Shown here: piece after piece, positions 49,068 through 62,200 of the stretch
Numbering within the stretch: the first letter of the stretch is position 1
How the letters are laid out: every line of letters begins with the position of its first letter
Source: Azolla caroliniana
Lineage: Eukaryota > Plantae > Polypodiophyta
Direction of reading: 5' to 3'
Assembly: GCA_043228905.1 (NCBI GenBank)
Contig: JBHGNT010000013.1
Coordinates: forward strand, 3,162,001-3,226,000
DNA length: 64,000 nt
The notes under the pieces: model-generated
Databases searched by the model: none
Seen by the model: the letters and a program-made list of their open reading frames with translations, nothing else
Told to the model about the DNA's origin: nothing
Position numbers and translations under genes: made by a program

Positions 49068-50322
49068 TGTTGGGAGATCGGTTCCTCCGAATGAGATCCG
49101 GTGATGAATAAAGAGGACCCGTTGAGAACCGGAAGACAAAACATAGCTGTAAATATGTTTTCTCTTAGTAAGCCTATCGAGGCTATACTTGTAAATAGCC
49201 CAAAGTTCATATAAGTATAAATATGACTTTGGGCAATCACTTTATAGTGTGTGTGGTTGTATAGTTGTTGTAACTGTTGTACAGTAAGTTACAGAGAGAG
49301 AGAGAGTGTGAGATAAAGAGCGATACTCTGCTGTAACCGCCGTGAACTGAAGAAACAGAGCTTGAGGTCATTGCCTCCGAGTCTCTGATTGTACCTTTCT
49401 CATATTGTGATAGTTTGGATTCTGTGGGCTCCCGTGGTTTTTCCCTATTAGGGTTTTCCATGTAAACATCCTGCGTATTTCCTTGTGTACTCTCCATTTC
49501 CCATTTCTGTGTTTCATTCTCTTTTGAAGTGATTCAAGACTCTGTTGTGGCCGAACAATATTCCGCACAATTCTCAACAATTTGGTATCAGAGCGAACAA
49601 CACAGGAAATGGAAGAATCGTTCAACAGCATGTTCAAGCTGACCGGCTCCAACTACTCAGTGTGGAATTGGAAGATGAGGGACATGTTGGTGGTTAAAGA
49701 TCTTTGGTTGCCGGTTCAGTTCGGGGAAAAGAGACTGGAAAAGATCAATGCCCCATTGTGGGAGGTGATGCACATGATGACAACGGCCTACATCCGGTGC
49801 TTATCGACATGAGCCTGTACAACAACTTCAATCAAGAGAGCAAGGCTCATGAACTCTGGGAGAAGATTGACATCATGTTCCAGAACAAGAATGTTGTTAA
49901 TCGGGTTTCGGTATTCAAGAAGTTAGTGAGGCTCCAGTACTAGGACGGCTCTAGTATGGCAGAGCACATGAATGCCTTCCAGGGATTGATCCACTATTTG
50001 GGACGGAACCGAGCAGGAGTAATGCGAGTACCTCACTATGTTAGAATGTACAATAGTGAGTTCACGGAGGCAACGACCTCGTGCTCACGATCTTTGCCAC
50101 AGGCGGCGGTTACAACAGAGGCAACAACCTCTTTCTCTCCCTCTCTCTCTGTACGCTGTTACGCGCTCTCTCTTCTTACACCAACAAGAATGATAGCAGC
50201 AACTAAAAGTTTGCCCTAAGTCATATTTATACTAATATGACTTTTCGGCTATTTATAAATATAGTCTCGATGGACTCTCAGAAACATATTTACGAATATG
50301 TCTCTTCATCCGTTGAGCATTC

Positions 50323-50700
50323 CTCACCGGGTCTGCACCATCCCGCTCTGCGTAGCCGGGTACTCCTCATTCGGTTCTCACTGGGTCTGCACCATCCGGC
50401 TCTCCGTAGCCGGGTACTCCTCATCCGGTTCTCACCGGGTCTGCACCATCCGGCTTTCCGTAGCCGGGTACTCCTCATCCGGTTCTCACCGGGTTTGCAC
50501 CATCCGGCTCTCCGTAGCCGGGTACTCCTCATCTGGTTCTCACCGGGTTTGCACCATCCGGCTCTCCGTAGCCGGGTATTCCTCATCCGGTTCTCACGGG
50601 GTCTGCACCATCCGGCTTTCCGTAGCCGGGTACTCCTCATCCGGTTCTCACCGGGTCTGCATCATCCGGCTCTTCGTAGCCGGGTACTCCTCCTCCGGTT
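50323..50700. repeat. 54-bp tandem repeat x7 in the U3 of J 3' LTR
   Basis: Unit CTCACCGGGTCTGCACCATCCGGCTCTCCGTAGCCGGGTACTCCTCATCCGGTT. Confidence 0.95.
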
Positions 50701-53700
50701 TCGGCCTCGGCCGAGTTTGTTCATCGACACTGTTCTTCTCCCTTCCCATCTGGAGGGACCTGTCTCCCAACAAACTCCCCCTTCACTCCGGCATGGGGTG
50801 TCTTACTAGTCCGATCCGCTTCCGGCATGCATCCATCTTGTCGGGTATCAACACTTTGGTTAGCATATCTGGCCCGTTCTCGGCCGTGTGGATCTTCGTC
50901 AGCGCGAACTCCTGGTCATCTACTCTTTCCCGGATCCAGTGATACCTTAGCTGGATATGCTTCGTTCGGGAATGGTAGGCCGCATTCTTAGCAAGGTGGA
51001 TGGCACTTTGACTGTCGCAATAGAGCCGGTATTCATCTTGCCGGATACCGAGCTCTCCGATGAAGTCCTTCATCCATAATATTTCCTTGCCGGCTTCCAC
51101 AACCGCCATGTACTCCGCTTCCGTGGTTGACAACGCAACCGTTTTCTGCAGCCTCGACTGCCACGAAATAGCTCCCCCTGCATATGTCATTACATACTCG
51201 GATGTAGACCGGCTGGTATCCACATCAACCGACATGTCCGAATCGGTAAAACCGTCAAGTTGAGATCTTCCGGAGCCGAATCGGAGACACATATGCGAAG
51301 TGCCCTTCAAGTACCGGAGTATCCATTTGACCGCGTTCCAGTGCTCCTTGCCGGGATTGCTCATGAACCGGCTCCCCACTACGACTGCATATCCTATATC
51401 CGGTTGGGTACACACCATTGCGTACATTAGGCTCCCGACGGCAGAGGCATATGGAATCTTCATCATATCCGCCTTCTCTGCAGTTTGCCGGAAGTGTTGA
51501 TCCGACCGGTTTCTCATCTGACATGTTGAACCGGTGAAACACCTTTGTCACGTACTTCTCCTGTGACAGCCACAATTGCTTCACTGACTGGTTCCGGATA
51601 ATATGCATCCCCAACATCTATCTTGCCGGACCCAAGTCTTTCATTGAAAAGGTCCGGTTGAGAGCCTTCTTCAGCATCCGTATTTCGACTTGGTCCCGTC
51701 CGACGATCAACATGTCATCCACGTACAGAAGGAGTATCAGGAAGTCGCCTCCTTCGAACTTCTTCACAAACACACAGTGATCGGCCTATGTCTTGTGGTA
51801 CCCTTGATCGGTCATGAAGGAGTCAAACTTCCGGTACCATTGTCGGGGAGCCTGCTTCAGTCCGTACAGGCTCTTCTTCAACCGGCATACCAGGTGCTCC
51901 TTCCCTTTCTCCACAAATCCTTCCGGTTGCTGCATGTAGATCTCCTCTTCGACGTCACTGTGAAGGAATGTCGTCTTCACGTCCAGCTGCTCTACCTCGA
52001 GGTCCATGCTTGCCGCTATACTCAGCACCATCCGCATGGAAGTCATCTTTACTACCGGGGCAAATATCTCGTCGAAGTCCACACCCTTCTTCTGCTGGAA
52101 CCCCTTCACAACAATCCTGGCTTTGTATCTCGGGGGGTTACCGACATCTCCCGGTTTCAACTTGTACACCCACTTATTTCGGAGTGCCCACTTTCCTTTT
52201 GGCAACTCCACCAGTTCGTACGTATGGTTCTCATGCAGGGAATCCATCTCATCCTGCATGGCACTTAACCATTTTCGGCTGTGGGTGTCTTCCTTCGCTT
52301 CTTTGAAGCTTTCCGGCTCCCCCTCATCGGTCAGCAGAACATGCTCTGCATCCGGAAATCTCTGGGGGGCCCTTCTCTCTCTGAGAGGATATCTCCGTCT
52401 TCGGGCTTCAGTAACCGGCTCCTCCATTTGCTCTTCATCCGAATCCGATTCGGGGTCTTGGCCGGTTTCAGATTCAGCTTCCTCTACTTCTTCTTCAGCC
52501 TGTTCGGTATCCTCACCGTATCCGTCTGGTTCTTCGAGTGCTATCCAGTCTCTGGCCGGTTGGGTCTGCTCATCGTAGAATCGATCCTTACCGGTCGACT
52601 CGGAGTTCATTATCTTCTTCTCCGACTCCCAGTCGGCGAGCGTCTTGTCCTCCATGAAGATAATATCTCGACTCTGGAATACCTTCTTGTCGACCAGGTC
52701 CCACACTCGGTAGCCGAACTCATTGTCGCCGTAACCGAGGAATATGCATGGCCGGGTCTTTGGATCTAACTTTCCTCTCCGGTCCTTAGCCACATGCACG
52801 TACGCAAGACACCCGAACACCTTCAGGTGCTGGTAGGATACTTCCTTACCTGTCCATACTCTCTGTGGTGTGTCTCCGTCCAAGGGTACTGAGGGTGATC
52901 TATTTATCACATATGTCGCCGTCGACAATGCCTCAGCCCAAAACTTCTTGGGTAGTTTTGCATGCGCTAGCATACTCCGGACCCTCTCCATTATGGTCCG
53001 GTTCATCCTCTCGGCCAGTCCGTTTAGTTCCGGCGTCTTCGGCACGGTAAATTCGAGCCGGATTCCCTTCAAGCGGCAGTACTCCTCGAACTGCCCCCGG
53101 TATTCTCCTCCGTTATCTGCTCGAACCGCCTTCAGCTTCCGGTCGGTTTCTCTTTCCACTCTCGCGTGGAGCTCTTTGAAGACGGATAGCACTTGATCCT
53201 TCGTCTTCAACGGTGTGGCCCACTACTTCTGGCTGTGGTCATCTATGAACGTCACGAAGTACTGCGCTCCGGCATGTGACTTCGTGTCTACTTGACACAC
53301 ATCCTTATGCACCAACTCCAGTGGTGCATTACGTCTCATCGGTGGCCTTGGTCGGAAGGAGGTCCGGTTTTGCTTACCGGCCAGACAATCAGTGCACTTC
53401 TCCAAGTGCACATTCTTCACTGGAATGAGGTTGTCGTCTGCAAGCCTCTTCATCCCCTTCTCCCTCATATGACACAGCCTCTTGTGCCATAGCTCACCGA
53501 CAATGTCAGATGCCATGTTCACTTCTTCCGGACATAACCGGGCATTCATCATGTACAGTGTGTTGACCTTCTGGGCCCGAGCCACAATCAGGCTCCCTTT
53601 GCTGAACTTCATGACACCGTTCCGGATGCTACCCGTGTAGCCTTCATCATCTAGCCAACCGGCTGATATTAGGTTCAGTCGAACCTCCGGAACGTGTCGG

Positions 53701-55143
53701 ACATCCTTCAACAACAACTTGCATCCAGTTGGTGTTGTCAGCCGCACGTCTCCTATGCCGACAATTCGGCATGTACCTTCATTCCCCATCCAGACACAGC
53801 CGTGATCACCGGCTGAGTAGGATGAGAAGCATTTCCGGTCCGGGGTAAGGTGGAACGACGGTGTCCGCTTCGAATCGGTACCGTCGGTTTCCTTGTCTTT
53901 CCGGAAATGCCGACAGTTCTTCTGGAAGTGTCCCGGCTTGCCGCAATAGAAGCAAGAAGGTCTCCCCCTTGACTTTGACCGTGTCCCCGACTTCTCCCGG
54001 TTCTGGGGACTACAGTTTCTATGTCTTACGCGTTCCGATTCGGTAAGGAGCGCTTTGGAGTCGGAGCTCGTATCTTTATCTTTCCGATGCGCCTCCTCAT
54101 CTAGCAGGCTCGACTTTACTCTTGCTAGGGATAACCGCTTTCCTTCCGGCCCGGCGTTGCCCAAAGTGACAACCAACATCTCCGAGCTGTCCGGGAGGGA
54201 ACCGAGCAGGAGTAGCGCTAGTACCTCATCAGTGAGAGGTACTTCCAATGAAGTTGCCTGGTGGATCAGCCCCTGGAAGGCATTCATGTGCTCCGCCATG
54301 CTAGAGCCATCTTGGTACCGGAGTCTTACTAGCTTCCGGAATACCGAAACCTGATTAACATCATTTTTGTTTTGAAACATTATGCCGATCTTCTCCTAGA
54401 GGTCATGAGCCTTGCTCTCTTCATTGAGGTTGTTGTACAGGCTCATGTCGATGAAGCACCGTATGTACGCCGTTGTCTTCATGTGCATCACCTCCCATAT
54501 TGTGGCGTCGATTTTGTCCGGTCTCTTGTCCCCAAACTGAACCGGCAACCAAAGATCTTTAACCACGAGCATGTCCCTCATCTTCGACTTCCACACTGAA
54601 TAGTTGGAGCCGGTGAGCTTGAACATGCCTCCCAACGAATCGTCCATTTTCTGTGTCGTTTTGCTTTGATACCACTTGACGGGAACAACACGCTCCGTAT
54701 ATACAATGCTCGGCCACAACCGAGCTTAGAATCATACATAGAAAATGGGAATAAATGCACGACACAAAGAAGAGAAGAGTACACAGGATGTTTACGTGAA
54801 AAACCCCAAACTAGGGAAAAAAAAAACCACGGCAGCCCATAGGCTTCAAACTATCACTATGTTAGAATGTACAATAGTGAGTTCACGGAGGCAACGACCT
54901 CGTGCTCACGATCTTCACCAGAGGCGGCGGTTACAACAGAGGCAACGACCTCTTTCTCTCCCTCTCTCTCTGTACACTGTTATGCGCTCTCTCTTCTTAC
55001 ACCAACAAGAATGACAACAACAACTAAAAGTTTTCCCTAAGTCATATTTATACTAATATGAGTTTTCGGCTATTTACAAATATAGTCTCAATGGACTCTC
55101 AGAAACATATTTACGAATATGTCTCTTCATCTGGTGAGCATTC

Positions 55144-55413
55144 CTCACCGGAACTGCACCATCCGGCTCTCCGTAGCCGGGTACTCCTCATCCGGTTCTC
55201 ACCGGGTCTGCACCATCCGGCTCTCCGTAGCCGGGTACTCCTCATCCGGTTCTCACTGGGTCTGCACCATCCGGCTCTCCGTAGCCGGGTACTCCTCATC
55301 CGGTTCTCATCGGGTCTGCACCATCCGGCTTTCTGTAGCTGGGTACTCCTCATCCGGTTCTCACTGGGTCTGCATCATCCGGCTCTCCGTAGCCGGGTAC
55401 TCCTCCTCCGGTT
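55144..55413. repeat. 54-bp tandem repeat x5 in the U3 of J 5' LTR
   Basis: Same unit as 50323-50700. Confidence 0.95.
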
Positions 55414-57117
55414 TCGGCCTCGGCCGAGTTTGTTCATCGACACTAATCTTCTCCCTTCCCATCCGGAGGGACCTGTCTCCCAACATTCCGGAGGTTCAAC
55501 TGAATCTGATATTAGTCGGTCGGCTAGATGATGAAGGCTACACGGGTAGTATTCGGAATGGAGTTATGAAGTTCAGCAAAAGGAGCCTAATAGTGGCTCA
55601 AGCCTGGAAGATCAACACACTGTACTTGATGCATGCTTGGATATGTCAGCAAGAAAAAGTAGCATCCAACACTGCTGGTGAGCTGTGACACAAGAGACAG
55701 TGTCACATGGGTGAGAAGGGAATGAAGAGACTTGCCAAAGATAATCTCATTCCGTTGAAGGACGTGCAACTTGAGAAGTGCACTGATTGTCTTTCCAGCA
55801 AGCAAAGCCGAACCTCCTTCCTGTCAAGACCACCGATGAGATGGAATGCACCACTGCAGCTAGTGCATATCGATGTGTGTCAAGTGGACACGAAGTCACA
55901 TGCCGGATCACAGTACTTTGTGACATTCATAGATGACCACAACCAGAAGATGTGGGTCTCACCGTTGGAAACGAAGGATCAGGTGCTATCTGTCTTCAAG
56001 GAACTCCACGCGAGAGTGGAAAGACAAACCGGCTGGAAGTTGAAGGCGGTTCGAGCAGATAATGGAGGAGAATACTGGGGGCAATTTGAGGAGTACTGCC
56101 TATTGAAGGGAATTCGGCTCGAATTTACCGTGCCAAAGAAGTTGGAACTAAAAGGGTTGCCCGAAAGGATGAACCGGACCATAATGGCTCTAGAGAATCT
56201 GGAGCATGCTAGCACATGCAAAGTTACCCAATACGGTTTGGGCTGAGGCGCTGACGATGGCGACCTATATGATAAACAGATCACCCTCAACACCCTTGGA
56301 AGGAGACTCACCTCAGAAAGTATGGACCGGTAAAGATGTATCTTACCGGTGTCGTGAAGAAAACCGCCCACAAGAGGAATCGGAGGAACAAGGCGTGGGA
56401 AACGGCTCTACACACACGCGCGCGCCAGGAAGTACCTAAGGACGAAGTAGGTACATACGAGGATCCTAGGTGGGAAGATTCGGTTGGTATGCAGTTAATG
56501 CCAAACGGCCCCTTGACGGGCTATAAAAGGAAGAGGAAGAATAGAAGTGGGGGTATCTCCCGCGGAGAGGACGAAGTGCTGCCGAACCGATTTCGGAGCT
56601 TCTCTCTCACTCCTGCTCTCTCTCTGTCTTCTGCTCCATCGCGTACCTGTGCAGGTTTCGAGGAGGCCTGCGCGGTTCCGTGGAACGCCCCGAGTGCGTC
56701 CTGCAGCACCTCCGACCTGTTTTCCCTTTCTGTGCGTCGCGACATACAGGGGTCGGCAGCTGTTCGCCGCCCTGTTCGTTTCGTTAGTATCTATTTTTTT
56801 TTTGTGCCCCACTGTGGGTTGTAATGCTTTAGTCTGTTATTTTCTTGCATTCATAAGTACATATCTCTCGTTGTTGCGTCCATCTGCGTCGGCGTTTATT
56901 TGTGATCTCTGTTTGTTGGGCCGTGTCCCTGTGCAATTGTCGGTTCTGCGCAATCGGATCTTCGGTTCTGTGTAATCGGGTCTCTCTCTCTTACTCCTCT
57001 CTCTCTTGCTCTTCGGTTCGAGACCCCCGTGGTCCCTCCTCCTTTCTACACGCAAGGGCGTAGCAACCCCGACATCTTGGTGAACCCGACGTGAAAGAGG
57101 CGGCAGAAGAGTAGGAA

Positions 57118-59244
57118 ATGAAAGGGGCGGATCTTGCAGAGGCCATGGCTTCGGCCGTGGATCGGATAGTAAGCGCGCGCGAGGGCACCGGCGCCCTCGA
57201 TAGAGCTATTGAGGCGGTCGTCGGAACGATCGGTCGATTCACCGGAAAGGATGCCACGAAGTACCTGGCGTCCTACGGTGCGGAAATGTTAATGCGGGAC
57301 ATTCCGGAAGACAGGCGTCTTGCCGGTTTTCCCCGAGTGGCGATGCCGAGCATCCACGCGGAGGTGCTCGAGGTGCGGGCGGAGAGCCGTACCTGGGAGG
57401 AGTTCGAAGGTCGGCTCCTGGAAAAATACGGACTGGACGACGCGCTCCGGCTTTCGAAGCGAAGCTTCATGGAGTGGGTGGAGTCTCCCGGGAAAGGAAG
57501 GAATGCGTCGGCTCTCCTCCGGGAGTTCGAGGAGAACTTCGCGCGCCTTTCGGCGCTTGACAGGATGGTCCTGGATACAAGCCGGGTCCTGCTGTTCGTC
57601 AAATCGGTTGACGAGAGGGATCGGAGTCACGTGGGCGCCCTGCTAGAAACCGAAGACGGGCTGACGGCCGACTGGGCGGCGGTCAAGAGAGCCTGCGGCC
57701 GTTTCGACAAACGGCGAGAATGGGAGGATGACAGAGCAACCGGGTCGGGCTCAGTCGCGGCGAGGAAACTCGAGCCGGCGCAGCCGGTGCGAAGGGAAGA
57801 GACTCGGGAGTGGCTGGAATCCGGTTCAGCTCCGACCGGCGTGATCAGAGGCTCGACTGGAGGGGCTGCGTTGGAGGAACTGACGAGGGCGATAAAAGAC
57901 CTCCAAATCGCACAAGCCCGCAGAGAAGGCGGAGGTCCTGCTCGTGACCGACGGCCGGCGGCAGGGAACAGGTGCATGTGGTGCGACGGGGTCGGCCACA
58001 TCCGAAAAGACTGCGGCGATTTCGCAGAGGCGCTGAGGAACCGGGTGGTGTACCTATGGGAAGGCCGGGTTCACGCCAACGACACGAGGAGGGCCCTAAA
58101 CCGAAACGACGGGCGAGGCGGAATGAAGAGGTTGATGGAAGAGGCGGCGGCCCGACATGCGGAAACCGTCCACTACTCGGCGTCGGCCGGTATTCGAGTC
58201 GGGGGCGGCGAGGCCCGAAAGGAAAGCAAAGCCGGATTCTGGCCGACGATGCTGGAAGGCCTTGCCGGTGCAGGGCTTAAAAGGGAGGAATTGGACCGTG
58301 CGGAGAAACGGGTACGGGAGATGACCGGGTGGAGCGACCCGGTCGAGGAAAAGACGGGCTTCGTGGAAGCCGCTTGCCGGAACTACGAGGCTCTAGTAGA
58401 AGAGAAGCGGGTGGGGAAACCCGGGACGACCGGGCCCTCACAACGATACGAGACCCGGTCCGGGCCACGACGGGACGAAGCCGGCGGGGCCGGTACGCAA
58501 GATAAACCCCAGAAGGGCGGATACCGTCTGGGGACGGAGATAGAAAGAACCACGGACTTACGAAAGGTCCTGGAGGAACGGATTCTCGACAACAAGGTGG
58601 AGCTGTCGCTACGGGAGGTGCTGGGAATCGCCAAGAAGGAGTTCCACGACTCCATCGTGGACTTGGTGAAACGGAAGAGGCTGTCAACGGAGGCAGAACC
58701 GGAAAGACCGGTGGAAGTGCGGACGACGCACCTGGACGACATGGCGCTGGAAGACGAGTGGGCGGAGAGCCACTATTCGCGGCCACACTGGGCCCGAGCG
58801 ACCACGGAAACCCCGGTAAAGATCGGCGATGTCCAGGAACCGGTAGTAGCTTTGGTGGACCACGGATCGGAAATCAACCTGATGTCCATGGACTTCTATA
58901 AGAAGGGCAAATGGCCGATCAACACCAAGCACGGGTGGAAGATAAGGGCAGCGACGCGCGCCACCGAGGAACTTCACGGGGCCTGCCCGAATGTACGGGT
59001 CAAGATCGGCGATGTCGAGATAGACCAACACTTCTTCGTGCAGGAGTCGTCATCGCACCCCGTCATACTGGGAGAGCCGTACATCACGGCGGCTCGAATG
59101 GAGACCAAGGTGCTGGACAACGGTTCGGCCTATGCGCGGGTCAAGAGCCAGGACGGGCGCCATTCGGTCCAGTTTTTGACGGTTAGGCCGAACCATGAGC
59201 GTAACTGCGACTCCCTCGGTTCCGATAACCGAGAGGATTTTTAG
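57118..59244 (+). CDS. Gag-protease ORF of K, 708 aa
   Basis: Zinc knuckle CMWCDGVGHIRKDC. Aspartic protease ALVDHGSEINLM...VILGEPY. Confidence 0.9.
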   Translation: MKGADLAEAMASAVDRIVSAREGTGALDRAIEAVVGTIGRFTGKDATKYLASYGAEMLMRDIPEDRRLAGFPRVAMPSIHAEVLEVRAESRTWEEFEGRLLEKYGLDDALRLSKRSFMEWVESPGKGRNASALLREFEENFARLSALDRMVLDTSRVLLFVKSVDERDRSHVGALLETEDGLTADWAAVKRACGRFDKRREWEDDRATGSGSVAARKLEPAQPVRREETREWLESGSAPTGVIRGSTGGAALEELTRAIKDLQIAQARREGGGPARDRRPAAGNRCMWCDGVGHIRKDCGDFAEALRNRVVYLWEGRVHANDTRRALNRNDGRGGMKRLMEEAAARHAETVHYSASAGIRVGGGEARKESKAGFWPTMLEGLAGAGLKREELDRAEKRVREMTGWSDPVEEKTGFVEAACRNYEALVEEKRVGKPGTTGPSQRYETRSGPRRDEAGGAGTQDKPQKGGYRLGTEIERTTDLRKVLEERILDNKVELSLREVLGIAKKEFHDSIVDLVKRKRLSTEAEPERPVEVRTTHLDDMALEDEWAESHYSRPHWARATTETPVKIGDVQEPVVALVDHGSEINLMSMDFYKKGKWPINTKHGWKIRAATRATEELHGACPNVRVKIGDVEIDQHFFVQESSSHPVILGEPYITAARMETKVLDNGSAYARVKSQDGRHSVQFLTVRPNHERNCDSLGSDNREDF

Positions 59245-62200
59245 AGAGGGCTGCCAAGGCGTGGGGCCGCGACAGTCCGGACACCCTGGGAAAACCCCAC
59301 ACCTGTACGATAAAACCGAAGAAACCTTGTACCATAGGTAGGGAATTTTTGTTCTCCGACAGCGGAGCGTGTAAGATAGTCGGCATCGGCGGCCGAGAGA
59401 AGACAAAGGCGGAGGGGAGACTTCGAGCGTGCGGAGTTCTCGGCCCGGACGAGGAAATCAACGGGGCCGTGGAGGCGGTCTCATTCGGCGACACCTTGGG
59501 AATGCTGGGAAAGGTAGTCGAAGAAGGCCTTAACGAAGACCGGACGATACCGGTGTGTTCCGAGGAGATGTACGAAGTCATCGCGGACTTCGGTCGAGGG
59601 CTCGAGTCAGTTCGGACGGCCCACGTAAGCACCAAGTACAAGACTGTGGACCGGAAGGTAAGGCCAGTCGCGGCACCCTTACCGGAGGACAGTGCGTCGA
59701 GAGTCAAAGGGGTTGCATCGGACCCTAGTCTACGAGATCCGGCCTGCATAGGGCACACCTTCACCGACGAGACACTCCGAGAGCTCAAAATAGGTGGGGG
59801 CGAGTTCCTACTGCCGGCGGAGGAAGACCGGTTTCGGAGAATGCTCGGAAGGCACGGGAAAGCCTTCGCATTCTCGCCGGAGGAAATCGGGTGCGTTGAC
59901 CCGACGATCGTGGAGCCGATGGTGATATTCACGGTACCGCATGTACCATGGAATCTCAAGCCAATTCCGGTTCCGAGAGCTCACATCCCGAAGTTGATGG
60001 AGCTGCTGAGGCAGAAAGTTGATATGGGAATTCTCGAGCCGTCGAGCGCCCCATATTCAAATCGATGGTTTACCGTACCGAAGAAAAACGGTTCGTTGCG
60101 CTTCATCCAGGACCTGCAGCCGGTCAATCGAGTGACCATTCGGAACGCAGGGATCGGACCGACCATAGACGAGTTCGCGGAGGCCTTCGCCGGAAGGTCA
60201 ATTTACTCGGTCGGGGATCTATACTCAGGGTACGACCAGTTCCAGCTAGCCGTGGAGAGCAGAGACATTACGACGATGCGAACTCCCCTCGGCCTAGTTC
60301 GGATGTGTACATTGCCGCAAGGAGGGACCAACTCGGTGGCCCACATGGTGAATGCGATGAACAAGGTTCTGAGGGACTGTATCCCGGACATCACCATGCC
60401 GTTTCTGGACGACATCCCGATCAAGGGATGCCCGGTGGAAGAAAAGGACGAGACGATCGGGCCGGACGGATGCCGGCGATTCGTGGCGACGCACATCGAC
60501 GACTGCGAGAAGGTGCTGCAAAGGCTAGAGGATGCGAGACTCACCTTCTCCGGGGAGAAGTCGGCCTTCGGGCAGTCAGAAATCATGGTGGTCGGACACC
60601 TGTGCGGACCATATGGCCGGAAACCGTCTCCGGCAAAGGTAGAAGCCATCTCCGCGATGAAGCCCGACTGCAGCTCGGTCACGGAAGTACGGAGATTCCT
60701 GGGGGCATGCGCGTTCTACCATATATGGATCCCGCATTACGCACACGTCGCGGAGCCACTGTACGGGTTGCTGAAAAAGGGGCGAAGGTTCGAATGGCTA
60801 GACGAGCACGCGGAATCGGTCCGGAAGCTGAAAGAGGCCCTTGCAGCGGCACCGGCACTCCGGAAGGCGGTATACGGGAAGGGTACCCCGGTATTCATAA
60901 CGGTGGATACCAGTCCGACTGGGATCGGATGGGTCGTGAACCAGGAAGACGAGGACGGCAATCGGTTTCCGATCCGATTCGGCGCGAAAGTCCTCAGTGA
61001 ACGGCAGCGAGGATACGCCCAGGTTAAACGCGAACTCTGGGGTATTGTTTCGGCGGTTAAGGCCGACAAAGACTACCTGATAGGGACGGAAGTGATCATC
61101 GAGACGGATTGCCTGCCGATTCTCGGTATGGTTTCCGGATGCACGACTCCGGACCTGGCGATGCTCAGGTGGATAGCGTACGTCAAGTCCCTGGACCCGG
61201 AAATACGACACATTTCCGGGAAAGACAACGCCATGGCCGACATGCTTTCGAGGGCGAGGTTCGACGACGAGGGCGGCATGGTTTCGGAAGTCGAAGAAGT
61301 CGGCGTGGATTTCTTCGAGGCGGCATACATAACGACCGACGGGGTGAGCACTCCGGCGCTTAACGAGTTCGACGCGAGCAAGTACGACGGGGAGTGGCTG
61401 CAGATCGGCGGGTTTTTGAAGACAATGACGCCCGATGCGTCATGGACGAAGGACGAGGCCAACCGGATCCGGAAGAAAGCATATCGATTCTTTCTCCGAG
61501 ATGGGCATCTATGGAAGCACCCGAAGAAGAAGGACGGCGTCCCGCTCCGGGTGGTGGCGATGAAGGAAGTACAGGAGGAGCTACTGGCGGCCTACCACGA
61601 CAGCCCTTGGGCTGGACACCGTGGAACGTGGGCGACGTTTGAGAAGCTGAAGGGGAAGTACTGGTGGCCGGGATTGTACCGGGACGTGCATCGGTTCGTG
61701 TCAACTTGCGAGAGCTGTCAGATGCACTCGATAGTCCGACACCGGGACGGGCTTCACCCCACGTACCCTCCGACTATCCACTTCAAATGGATGGTAGATC
61801 TGGTGACGATGCCGATGGGGGTAGGACAGATGCGGTATCTGGTCCTAGCGCGGGAAGACCTGACGAACCAGGTGGAAGGCCGAGCCCTTCAGAACAAGAC
61901 GACCGCGGCCGTGTGTCGGTTCCTAGTCGAGGACGTGATATGCCGGTACGGGTGCGTCGGGAAGATCGTGGCTGACCGAGGGGAGTTGGACGCCGAAGAG
62001 GCCGCGGAGCTGTTCGACCGGCTTGGAGTCAAGCTCTCGCTCACCACTGCGTACAATCCGGAGGCGAATGGAAAGGTGGAGCGCGGACACGGACCGATCG
62101 TCAAGGCGTTGATTCGGGCATGCGGAGGCCGAGTCGGTAACTGGCCCCGGCTGCTACCTTATGCTTTGTGGGCAGACCGGACCACGCACAGTTCGGTAAC

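Larger units (their letters stand above)
50033..55485 (-). mobile_element. Tork-like Copia J, mildly decayed, inserted in opposite orientation in I
   Basis: 5' LTR 54677-55485. PBS 54663-54674. 3' LTR 50033-50772, lacking U5. ORF pieces 54396-54647, 53223-54380, 51786-53210, 50783-51517, closely related to E. Protease active site deleted near 53860. Confidence 0.92.

Noticed and set aside
50237-50942. ORFs with 18-aa repeats (SPGLHHPALRSRVLLIRF) and a CRISPR-like look, also at 55058-55688
   Set aside because: Head-to-tail 54-bp LTR repeats without unique spacers, open in several frames only because the unit is a stop-free multiple of 3. No cas genes.
56336-56975. Duplicated 142-162 aa ORFs in K LTRs, and 150-aa ORFs in E LTRs
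   Set aside because: GC-rich LTR sequence with no motifs. Not env-like, and there is no extra ORF between pol and the 3' LTR.
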